A stretch of DNA of 64,000 bases from Promethearchaeota archaeon (GTDB lineage: Archaea > Asgardarchaeota > Lokiarchaeia > Sigyniarchaeales > SOKP01): positions 32,001 to 96,000 of the forward strand of contig JAEOTR010000016.1 in assembly GCA_016839705.1 (NCBI GenBank). The letters are read 5' to 3'. Shown one piece after another: positions 10,287-19,346 of this stretch. Every line of letters starts with the position of its first letter. The first letter of the stretch is position 1. The notes beneath the pieces are model-generated. The model worked only from the letters and a program-made list of their open reading frames with translations. It was not told the origin of the DNA and searched no databases. The position numbers were made by a program, and so were the translations under genes.

Positions 10287-10733
10287 TTAAAGATCCAAGG
10301 TTTGAAGGCGCGAATATCCCTTTTTCGCGAAATCATAATCGAGTAATTCTATTTTTTCTGGAATTATCTTTAATAATAATTTCCTCTTCCCTCGTACAAT
10401 CTTCTGAGCTTCCTCGAATTCCTCATCTCCTTCTCTTAGAAAAATCAATCTTTCTCTCCCTGAAGCTGTAATTTGCATACCTTGAATTTTACCTTCAGAT
10501 AAAGGAGTGTAGATTCCTATGCTTATATTTGGATTTTCTTCCATATTTTTTACCTTTCTTCCGGGAGCAGGGCCAACATAGATATTAAAACTGTCTTGTT
10601 CTGTATAAAAATCCATTGGGGTTGCGCGAGGAATATTATTGGAGCATGTACATAAAACTAAAACTTTCCTTTTATCAAGATACTCTCGAATTTCTCGTTT
10701 TAGTTCCTCTACGGGCATTTTCTGATTGGTCAT
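10287..10733 (-). CDS. Pyridoxamine 5'-phosphate oxidase-like split-barrel (flavin/F420-binding) protein
   Basis: LCTCS.NIPRATPM and RKVKNMEENPNIS motifs. Confidence 0.8.
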   Translation of the reverse strand: MTNQKMPVEELKREIREYLDKRKVLVLCTCSNNIPRATPMDFYTEQDSFNIYVGPAPGRKVKNMEENPNISIGIYTPLSEGKIQGMQITASGRERLIFLREGDEEFEEAQKIVRGKRKLLLKIIPEKIELLDYDFAKKGYSRLQTLDL

Positions 10734-10830
10734 TTGAAATTACCTATATATTAAACTTTAGTTACAAAATAGAATCAGTAAACTCAGATAAATCTTGGAG
10801 AATTTGTATTAAAATAAGTAACTGGATAGA

Positions 10831-11976
10831 TTAAAATCCAAACATGTTAATTGGTGAGGATCCATTACCTGAGTCTACCGCAGCTTGTACATATGGAGAT
10901 ACGGGTCCATTTGCTAAAACCATAATTTTTACCTTGGAACCCATATCTGGTTTATTTTGAACACCAAATTTTAACTGAGCGCTCTCAGGAATTCCATTTG
11001 TAATAGTAGAGATAACACTATCAACTTTAGATAAAGTTAATGTATGATCACCTGTAACAGATACTATACATCTCTCAACTTTACTAGTATCTGGTTCGAG
11101 TAATGGATTATTTAATGCTAATTTTGCTTTCTCTATTAAATCTGATTCATTTCCCACTGATTCTGCGATGCCAACCAACCCAGAAGGATAATTATCTTTT
11201 TTAACAAAGATTCTTTTCACATCCGCAAAATCTATATTAACCAAACCGCAATTGTTAATTAAGTTAACAACTTCTCCAATATTTCGGATTAAGACTTCGT
11301 CCATAATTTTAAAGCCAGTTATCATGGGAATTTTTCCAACTATGCTCAAAAGATTGTCATTTGGAACGGTTATTAGAAAGTCAGAATATTCTGCTAGATT
11401 TTTAAGACCCTGAGTTGCTTTAACTGCTCTTTGAGCTCCTTCTGATTTAAAGGGAAGTGAACAAAAAGTAACGACTATAGCCTTATTCTTCTTCGCTTCT
11501 TCTGCAATAATTGGTGCTGCACCAGTCCCCGTTCCTCCACCTAGTCCGCAGGTTAAAAAAATAATATCCCCATTAAGAAGTTTACTTAATCTGTCGCGAT
11601 CTTCTTCAGCTGCTTCACCTCCTACTGAAGGATCATTACCCGATCCCATGCCTTGACAACGATCTTTACCGATTAAGACTTTATGTTTTGCATTTGAATA
11701 ATACAAATCGTGAGCATCAGTATTAATATTAACGGTCTCAGCATTACTTATGCCTAATTCCTCCAATCGTGAGACCGTATTATTTCCTGCACCCCCAACT
11801 CCAACTACCAATGATTTAATCTTCAAAACTTTCAGTAAATCTGCTAAATAGCTATCATCATCACAATTTGGATTTGTATTAGGATTTTGGTTCTGGTGAG
11901 CTATTTCATTAAACCTTTCTCTTATAGATGATCGGGATTTTGCTAGTTCGGCTAAATCAAAAATATCATCGCTCAT
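10831..11976 (-). CDS. ftsZ: Cell division GTPase FtsZ
   Basis: GVGGAGNN, NTD, GGGTGTG, PF..EG, NDNL, T7 loop NIDFADV. Confidence 0.95.
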   Translation of the reverse strand: MSDDIFDLAELAKSRSSIRERFNEIAHQNQNPNTNPNCDDDSYLADLLKVLKIKSLVVGVGGAGNNTVSRLEELGISNAETVNINTDAHDLYYSNAKHKVLIGKDRCQGMGSGNDPSVGGEAAEEDRDRLSKLLNGDIIFLTCGLGGGTGTGAAPIIAEEAKKNKAIVVTFCSLPFKSEGAQRAVKATQGLKNLAEYSDFLITVPNDNLLSIVGKIPMITGFKIMDEVLIRNIGEVVNLINNCGLVNIDFADVKRIFVKKDNYPSGLVGIAESVGNESDLIEKAKLALNNPLLEPDTSKVERCIVSVTGDHTLTLSKVDSVISTITNGIPESAQLKFGVQNKPDMGSKVKIMVLANGPVSPYVQAAVDSGNGSSPINMFGF

Positions 11977-12271
11977 AAATTTTCATCAATAGAATTTAGT
12001 TTTTTATAATATTCACATATTTTCCAAATAATATAACTAAGTAATATGAAGATAATACTAAAAAATTTGAAGATGGAAATGGGAAAAACGCTTTCACTCC
12101 AGTTGCGCACAATTCCAGTGGGTGGTGATAGTGATCATGATATTCGTAAAACCAATTTTGATTTTATAAAATAAATTTTATATCTATTTTTCCATCTGAA
12201 ATAATCGACAAATTGCCTTAGGAAAGATTTATAAGCCCAAATTTCCATGAATATCAAGTAGGAGTGAAAAA

Positions 12272-12511
12272 ATGGAAATCAACAACACTAAAAATGGCAG
12301 CGGAAAGTCGTTAGATGGCTCAGCGGACGGCGAGTTAATAAAAGTTAGGGCTATCATTTCTTGTCCAAATGGAGATTACAAAAAGAAGTTCACAAATCAA
12401 TTTTTAAGAAAGGAAATAGAAATGATGATTGTCAGCTTTAAGGTTTTCGATTGGCTAACCTGTAATAAATGTGGGGAACTATTAAAGTTAGATCTAGAGT
12501 TTAATATTTAA
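12272..12511 (+). CDS. Small putative zinc-ribbon protein
   Basis: CPNGD...CNKCG; upstream TTTATAA and AGGAGTGA RBS. Confidence 0.7.
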   Translation: MEINNTKNGSGKSLDGSADGELIKVRAIISCPNGDYKKKFTNQFLRKEIEMMIVSFKVFDWLTCNKCGELLKLDLEFNI

Positions 12512-12590
12512 TATATTAAAAAAATTTATTCGCTCCTTTTATCTATACTTATTTTTGGTTAGGGAATTTACTTTTCTGATTTAGCTTTAA

Positions 12591-13901
12591 TCAGATTTCA
12601 AGATTAATTTGTCCATATGTACCACCGCCACCTGGAATGTATTGAATTTCATTATTTCTAAGGGCATTTATAACGGAGGCAGTTGTAGAATCAAATTTTT
12701 CAATTTTACTCATTGGTATATCAATTAAAATTTCGAATTCTTTTCCAAGCTCTTGAATTATTTCGTTATAAGTATTTAAAACCGTCTTACTAGTAGAACT
12801 TTTTATTCCTTTTACGGATCGGATAATATCTATAAGTGGTATCGCATCAATATATTTTGGTCTATGATCTGGGTGTTTTGGTATATCAGATGTAGAAATT
12901 TTTTCAATTCTTTCACTCACTCCTAATTTAACCTTGAAATTTTGATTTTTTTCTTCCTTACATGCAGGGCAAACCATTTTATTTTTAGCAACCTGATCTA
13001 TATATTGTTTTCTTGCCATATCAGGATCGTCAGAATAGTATATAATAAAATTTTCTGACTTGGAATATTGGCTAAAAATAGAAATCCCCGTTTTTTTAGA
13101 TTTCTTGAACATAACTCTTCTACGACATTTATTACAAAACATATTATAATACTTACCAAGTTTAGGATTTAAACCAACATTTAATATTATTTTTCTGTTA
13201 TCTTTTCTCATTAGAGCTAATAAGAGTTCCTCAAAGGAGGGATTATCAAGATCTAGCTTATTGAATTCACGCCCTAAAGAGCGTGGATCTTGCGAATGCG
13301 CATCGCTGTTACTTAAAAAAGTCACATTTTTTAAGCTTCCCAATCTATCCGCTAGATCAGTATTAGCTGAAAGTCCTAATTCCAAAAAGTACACCTTGTT
13401 TGTTGCGTCTTGATAACATTCCTTAATTGTTTCAAATTTCCCCTGACGAAAGATTGCTTTAAAGGGAGTGAAAGCATGTGCAGGACCAACTATGCCACCT
13501 AAATCTGAAATTATATCAACTAAGGCAGGAGGTGAGAGATTAACTCGAGGTCTTCCTCCCCATTCATCTAATATATTTTTTGAATATGATTTTAATTTGG
13601 TTTGAATTTCTTTAACAGAAGCAAAATCAGGGAATAATATAACATGATGTATGCTCTCCATATCTTCTATTTCAGTCTGAAGGATAAAAAAAACATCTTT
13701 ATACGAAAAAGATCCATCTTTTTCCTTTTTTAACCTACGTTCCATGTATTTAAACCATTCTGGTTGTAAAATATCACCGGTACCAAGGATATTTAGACCC
13801 TTCTTTTTACAAGTCTCCAACATCGTATCTAAATTTAATGATTTTGATACTGCGATTGAATGAGGACTATGGATGTGGAGATCAGCGTTAAAAATATCCA
13901 T
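12591..13901 (-). CDS. PHP-domain endonuclease Q family protein
   Basis: DLHIHS, GTGD, AHAFTP, ELGLSA, NSDAHS, LGRE, GKY..C..C, GGGTYG. Confidence 0.88.
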   Translation of the reverse strand: MDIFNADLHIHSPHSIAVSKSLNLDTMLETCKKKGLNILGTGDILQPEWFKYMERRLKKEKDGSFSYKDVFFILQTEIEDMESIHHVILFPDFASVKEIQTKLKSYSKNILDEWGGRPRVNLSPPALVDIISDLGGIVGPAHAFTPFKAIFRQGKFETIKECYQDATNKVYFLELGLSANTDLADRLGSLKNVTFLSNSDAHSQDPRSLGREFNKLDLDNPSFEELLLALMRKDNRKIILNVGLNPKLGKYYNMFCNKCRRRVMFKKSKKTGISIFSQYSKSENFIIYYSDDPDMARKQYIDQVAKNKMVCPACKEEKNQNFKVKLGVSERIEKISTSDIPKHPDHRPKYIDAIPLIDIIRSVKGIKSSTSKTVLNTYNEIIQELGKEFEILIDIPMSKIEKFDSTTASVINALRNNEIQYIPGGGGTYGQINLEI

Positions 13902-13960
13902 CAGTTATTAAAAACCTTACTTCAATAAAAAGATTTTAATAATGCGTTAATTATTTCTGT

Positions 13961-15010
13961 TCAATTTACGATGAGCATTTTGTCTTTTGTTTGATCAGTC
14001 AATAAAATTCGATAATATTCTAATTCATTCTTGAAAAAAACTTTTTCTAATTTTCCTTCTACTAGGACGGTTTCTCCTTCCTGAGCATGCTCACAAAAAC
14101 GCGCTCGAAAAGAATTTATTTCTAAAATTTCTTTAAGGCTGACTTTTTTCAAGATTGACTCTTTATCTAGGATTTTTAGAGCATTAATTTTATAAGAGCA
14201 AGGAGTAAATATTGAATCCTTAGAGTCAGTTATTAAAACTTTAGCTTTAATTCTTCCATAATTTTTATATTGATAATCATAAAATGTTCCGTTCCAATCA
14301 TTAGGGCTCTTAATGTACCTTATAAAAAAATTGATGTTATGGAATTTACCTTGATGCAGCTTTCTTTGTTCACTTCTCATAAACTCTTTAAACGATATGT
14401 CTGATCCTCCAACCCTCCAGACATAATGAGATTTATAGTCTTCTAGATTATACATTCTAAATTGATTAGATTCGGTGAAAATGTCTTTTAACGTTCCTTG
14501 AAATATATGGGATGTTTCTGTGCCATATACAATTATATCAATATCTGAAACTTCTTTATTTAAACCGACCATAACTGAGCCAGTAATTCCTATTGAATCT
14601 CTGGAAATATTTCCTTTATATATAAACAATTCACATAAATTTTTGGAACACTTTTCAATGGTAGAAAGATTTTCCTTTTCAAATAATTCTATCAAACAAC
14701 CCCGGGGTGTGTAAACTTTTTTAATATCATTATTAAAAACACTTTGTATTTCCATATCAAGCTCCTTTGAATAAAAGAGATAATTAGGATAGAATCTTCT
14801 TAATAATGAATAGCGCTCATCTAAATTGTAAACTTTTTTATACATAACGCCATTTTTTATTCGATCTCCCTCGGGATGTGGATAAAACCTTAAAAAACAG
14901 ATTTTTCTATCAATTGGGTGGAGTAACCCTTTAACATCAAATATTAAATTAGTTTTTTTAGTTTCAATATAATCTCCTTCAATTCCTTTGGTGTATTCCA
15001 TGAATATCAC
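13961..15010 (-). CDS. Archaeal predicted nucleotidyltransferase (pol-beta fold)
   Basis: GITGS...SDIDIIVYG; N-terminal VKG..HP; C-terminal OB-like VEGKLE. Confidence 0.8.
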   Translation of the reverse strand: MIFMEYTKGIEGDYIETKKTNLIFDVKGLLHPIDRKICFLRFYPHPEGDRIKNGVMYKKVYNLDERYSLLRRFYPNYLFYSKELDMEIQSVFNNDIKKVYTPRGCLIELFEKENLSTIEKCSKNLCELFIYKGNISRDSIGITGSVMVGLNKEVSDIDIIVYGTETSHIFQGTLKDIFTESNQFRMYNLEDYKSHYVWRVGGSDISFKEFMRSEQRKLHQGKFHNINFFIRYIKSPNDWNGTFYDYQYKNYGRIKAKVLITDSKDSIFTPCSYKINALKILDKESILKKVSLKEILEINSFRARFCEHAQEGETVLVEGKLEKVFFKNELEYYRILLTDQTKDKMLIVN

Positions 15011-15029
15011 AGTAAAAATAATTTGATTT

Positions 15030-16166
15030 TTAATATTTTGAAGGAGTTTTAGATTTTATTTTTTGTTTTGGGATGCCCTTTAACTTTCTTAACTCTTTTT
15101 CAAAATTTCTTTTTTCATTAAGAAATCTCTGTTTGTCTTTCTCTAATTTTTCCCTTTCCCGTTTTATTGTACTTTTATCGTTAGATAAGTCTAATTTCTC
15201 TCTTTCTAAACGTCTGAGGTCAATATTTAACCTTTTGAATTTTTCTTCTAATGGGGGTATTTTTTCAGATATGGAGTAGAATTTATTTTCAGATTTAGGA
15301 ATCTTACTTTCTAATTCTTTCATTCTTACCTCTTGTTGTCTTTTTCTGCTTTCAAGACTTTTTACATCATTTTCCACTTTATTCCTATATTTTCTTAGAT
15401 CTTCCTTTTTCTTATCAATCTCTCGGCCTTTCAGGTTTAGTTCATCTTTTTGATAACGTAATTTCTCTCGATTTTCTTTTAGCTTACTTTTTTCATCAGA
15501 AATCCTGTTTTTTTCATCAACTAACTCCCTCTTTAAGTTATTCACTTCTCGATTGAGGGTATCTCTTTCTTTAGTTAAATATTTAATTTCATTTCTTAAA
15601 TCTTCTAATTTATGCTCTAGATCTTCGTTAGTCTTCTCAAGCGCACTCTTTCTTCTTTCCATCCCAGGTATCTTCGTTTTTATATCCTTAAATTGGTTTT
15701 CAATCCTCTGTTTTTCTTGGTCTATTGAATCTTTTTCATTTCCTAACTCATCTCTAAGCTTATCTAACCTTTTCTGAAATCCCTCTAATTGAGCTTTCCT
15801 TTGATTTAATCTATCGTTTTCTTCTCTTTTTTTATCTTTAAATTGTTGTTCTCTTGCATCTAACTCAATTTTTTGTTTTTCTAAGTCATTTTTTGTTTTT
15901 TTAAGACTGTTCTGAATGATATCCCTTTTTTCACGAAGATTTTTTAGTTCAATTTCTTCCGTTTTCCGCTTTTTTTCAAGATCTTCTATATTTTCTCTGT
16001 AATTCTCAATTTGGGTAATGAAATTTTCCCATTCACCCTTTTCTTTATTAAGTTTTATTCTTTCCTTCTTAATCTTTTTTAACAAATTTTTATCAGCAAT
16101 CATGTCACCCTCGTCGTCGGGAGTTTTTTCTCGAATTTGATGTTTGGGAATAGGTTTATCATTCAT
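15030..16166 (-). CDS. Long K/E-rich coiled-coil protein
   Basis: About 330 aa of heptad-like K/E/R/L composition with no globular domain. Confidence 0.8.
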   Translation of the reverse strand: MNDKPIPKHQIREKTPDDEGDMIADKNLLKKIKKERIKLNKEKGEWENFITQIENYRENIEDLEKKRKTEEIELKNLREKRDIIQNSLKKTKNDLEKQKIELDAREQQFKDKKREENDRLNQRKAQLEGFQKRLDKLRDELGNEKDSIDQEKQRIENQFKDIKTKIPGMERRKSALEKTNEDLEHKLEDLRNEIKYLTKERDTLNREVNNLKRELVDEKNRISDEKSKLKENREKLRYQKDELNLKGREIDKKKEDLRKYRNKVENDVKSLESRKRQQEVRMKELESKIPKSENKFYSISEKIPPLEEKFKRLNIDLRRLEREKLDLSNDKSTIKREREKLEKDKQRFLNEKRNFEKELRKLKGIPKQKIKSKTPSKY

Positions 16167-16376
16167 ATTTTTTCGATCATCATCTTATTTTACTAATAAA
16201 TCCATATTAATTCTAATTCTAAAGTGTTTGCCAAAATTTTATAAATTTAGAGTAATTCTTTTCTTTCCTAATTCTATTTAAATATTCTAATTTCCTTTAT
16301 GTATATATATTTATAATAAAAGAGTTATACAGATCATACGTTAATTTAGCTTATTTGACAAGGTTGTGTATTTATA

Positions 16377-16769
16377 ATGGGATTTGACAATGAATATGAG
16401 GAGGGTTTAGAATTTGATGAAGATTTGGAAGAAGATTTAGATGATAAGTTGGATGAAATCCCCTCAGAAATTCCTAGCAAAGATATTAATTCTAAAACCC
16501 CCATCCCAAGGGCTACTTCTGAAGGAAAAAAAATTTCTGTTTACTTTATTTCAACCATCGGACCCGAGAAAAAGCAAAAATTGCTTATTAATAGTGGAAA
16601 TCTTGTTGGAGATATTAAGCAGACAGTAGCAAACTTATTCGCTTTAGATCCAGCTGACTTCTATTTGTCAGCACTAGGGATCACCATGGATGAACAAAAT
16701 CCTTTGAAAGAATATGAAGTAGATGATGGAGACGACATACTTTTAATCCCGGCTAGTATTGCAGGATAA
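16377..16769 (+). CDS. Ubiquitin-like modifier paralogue A (acidic N-tail, ends ...IPASIAG)
   Basis: Beta-grasp pattern (VGDIKQTV...LSALGITM...LKEYEVDDGDDILLIP), close paralogue of 19347..19688, terminal Gly. Confidence 0.85.
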   Translation: MGFDNEYEEGLEFDEDLEEDLDDKLDEIPSEIPSKDINSKTPIPRATSEGKKISVYFISTIGPEKKQKLLINSGNLVGDIKQTVANLFALDPADFYLSALGITMDEQNPLKEYEVDDGDDILLIPASIAG

Positions 16770-16787
16770 TCTCAATTTTATTTTTCT

Positions 16788-17582
16788 TTAATTATTCCTT
16801 TTTCTCGATGGAATCAGAGCAATTTCATCATCATCATCAATATCATAGTTTTGGATTTGCTTATCTTCAGATAGTAAAATTCCCCCTGAAGATAGAAGAA
16901 ATCCCTCCAATTCATAATTAAATAGTACTCCCACTCTTTTTTTAACTGTACTAATTAATTCAGTTGTATCAACAATGATCAACTTAGTAATCTCGCCTGG
17001 TTCAACTAGGGATCTAATGTACACACGGATCTGATCCTTGAGATTAATTTTATTTTTAGGTGGTATATAAAATATTTCCTCATCAGTTTGATCTCGATTC
17101 TTAAGCATATTATCGATTAATGCTTTTCGTTCATCCACATCAAAATAGAGCATTTCTCTAATAAAAAGGATTTTGTCAAGCTTTGATAATCCAAGGTTGT
17201 TTATTTTTCCTAATTCTTCCTTACTAAAAACTGAAAAAATATATTTGCTGATTATTGGAGAATCCTCATAAGATTCATTTGAATCAAGATATTCTTCAAT
17301 TGAAGGCAAAACCTCAAGATATTCATCGATAACATTCTCATCTATCCTATTGAAAGACTTAGTTTTCGGTGAAATTTTCTTATCTCTTATTTTATCATGT
17401 TGATGACCTGTCGATTGGATAACGGTATAGATTGTGCTAGTAGAGAGAACTGCAACACTCCCAATTGTTAGAATAAGAAATAATGGGGTGTTGTTTACCC
17501 CAAACAGGAAATAACTTACGTAAATCAACACAAAAATAGTATAAAGGGTTATAACGCTTAATGTTCTATATTTTTTCTTCAT
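16788..17582 (-). CDS. Membrane protein (2 N-terminal TM) with C-terminal ubiquitin-like domain
   Basis: Two hydrophobic segments, then a C-terminal domain that aligns with both Ubl paralogues (PGE, LSSGG, YDIDDDDEIALIP) but ends SRKRNN with no Gly. Confidence 0.8.
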   Translation of the reverse strand: MKKKYRTLSVITLYTIFVLIYVSYFLFGVNNTPLFLILTIGSVAVLSTSTIYTVIQSTGHQHDKIRDKKISPKTKSFNRIDENVIDEYLEVLPSIEEYLDSNESYEDSPIISKYIFSVFSKEELGKINNLGLSKLDKILFIREMLYFDVDERKALIDNMLKNRDQTDEEIFYIPPKNKINLKDQIRVYIRSLVEPGEITKLIIVDTTELISTVKKRVGVLFNYELEGFLLSSGGILLSEDKQIQNYDIDDDDEIALIPSRKRNN

Positions 17583-17667
17583 AATTTTTTAATAAATTTG
17601 TTGGTCTAATTTTCAAATAAATAACTTAAAATATAAATTCCATTGGAATAAAATTGGAGTTTTTTTT

Positions 17668-18339
17668 TCAATCACCTTGAATTAACTTCCTAACCTTATT
17701 ATACTTCTTAATATCTAATTTGAATAATATTCGATTTTTATCTTTCTCAGTTTCTAATAATTTTAGATTTTCTAGAATATTGACATATTTTTTTATAGTG
17801 TTGTGATTTTTTTTCATACCATTTGCTATTTCAGTGATTTTAAATGGCTTATCTTCATTGGTTAGGAATTCTATTAATTTTAGAACAATATCTTTATTCA
17901 AATAATAATAAAACTTATCCAACTTTGGATTTGAATCATATTCAAAGAAAATCCGATGGTTATTGAGTTTTTCTGACCTGACAAATTTAAATTTTTCTAG
18001 ACAAGAAAGGTGCCATAGTGCTTGATTACTTCCGATCTTAAGAGTTTTCATTATTTCATTAATATTAGACGGATTTTTTTTTATGTAATTATAAATCTCA
18101 TTCCTTTTTGGATGTTCAATGATATTATTCTTCATTAACCGAGTTCCAGGGATGATTATTTTCTTTTTTATCAATGATTTTATTATTAACTCAATTTTAT
18201 TTCGGTTTAAATTAGGATTTAACCTTACCCTGTTACTTATAAATTCTATTATATCAGTGATCGAAAAGAATGTTTTTTTTGTTAGATATTCTTTTACTAA
18301 GCCAAGAACAATAGATTCTAAATTATCCAAGGAACTCAT
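17668..18339 (-). CDS. Multi winged-helix (ArsR-like) DNA-binding protein
   Basis: RNEIYNYIKKNP..INEI...WHLSCLEK and ITEIA....HNTIKKYVNILEN wHTH repeats. Confidence 0.8.
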   Translation of the reverse strand: MSSLDNLESIVLGLVKEYLTKKTFFSITDIIEFISNRVRLNPNLNRNKIELIIKSLIKKKIIIPGTRLMKNNIIEHPKRNEIYNYIKKNPSNINEIMKTLKIGSNQALWHLSCLEKFKFVRSEKLNNHRIFFEYDSNPKLDKFYYYLNKDIVLKLIEFLTNEDKPFKITEIANGMKKNHNTIKKYVNILENLKLLETEKDKNRILFKLDIKKYNKVRKLIQGD

Positions 18340-18602
18340 AAGCCACTTTTAGTTTTTCGTTTCAATATCTTGTTAATACAGTGTAATACTCTCTCTATAA
18401 CAATAGTAAATATATAATATATATTAATAGGCATTCATACAATTTATAATATCATTTCTTTCACCCCCTATCGTATTTTTTTGCAACTATAAAGCTATTG
18501 ATCGCATTTCCTGCTTTACTTTTGCTTTATGAAAAAAGTTTAAATATATATTCAGTAATGTAGTAAAATAATCAATATTTAATCTGTAAAAAGTAATGAA
18601 TT

Positions 18603-19120
18603 ATGGCGAATGGGAAAGGTTTAACCTATTTAGGATTGATTTTAAGATTAATCGGTGCGGGTTTGGGCGGATATGTATTTTTTGATTATATTTAGCTCCA
18701 CTATTAGGATTTGGAGACCCTCCTGCAGAAGGTTCTGAAATAAATTCATACTACGTAGAAACCTACCAAGCAACCCTCACCCTACCTGATACATATGAAT
18801 CCCTTGATGGAATGATAATTTCATTTAATACAACCAAAACAGTTAACTTACACGTATTATATACTGGTTATGTAAGGATTATGACAACCCTTGGATTATA
18901 TGCTCAAATAAAAATCCTTCTTAATAGTACCATATTAACAACTAATCAATATTATGTAGAGGAGATTGGTTTTGTCGTTCAAGAACGATTTGCTGTTAAC
19001 ATGTAAAATTATATCTCTGCGCTACCTCCAGGAAATTATAATGTAACAGTATTAGGGATGTCCGATGATACTTCAACAAGTTTTTTTCAGAACTCACTCT
19101 ATATACAAATTCATACTTAA
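18603..19120 (+). pseudogene. Pseudogene of a signal-anchored beta-rich protein
   Basis: ATG 18603 MANGKGLTYLGLILRLIGAGLGGYVFFDYI, then a -1 frameshift near 18692. Continues LAPLLGFGDP... through the track ORF 18812..19006, past an internal TAA (19004), to ...NSLYIQIHT* at 19120. Confidence 0.75.
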
Positions 19121-19346
19121 ATAATTAATTAATTCAAATTCCTCATTTTTTTTACCTCTATTAATAGTTCTTTATACTTTCCTGAAGATTTATTATCTTC
19201 TTTCTCATATGGGATCATGATACTTTTTTTTTAAATGAAAGAAAAACTACAATTTTATGCCAATTGATTTTATAATACCATTTTAACTCAATTTTATTAG
19301 GTTTTTAATAAAAAAATAAAAAAATAAAAAATTGGAAGTGATGTGT

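Noticed and set aside
12046-12174. 42-codon plus-strand ORF (MKIILKNLKMEMGKTLSLQ...) between ftsZ and the Zn-ribbon gene
   Set aside because: No motif or RBS, and it occupies the probable ftsZ leader/promoter
15030-16166. SMC/Rad50 or ESCRT-III assignment for the coiled-coil protein
   Set aside because: No Walker motifs, hinge or Zn hook; too long and uniform for Snf7/PspA
18812-19006. 64-aa ORF as a stand-alone gene
   Set aside because: It is the middle fragment of the 18603-19120 pseudogene
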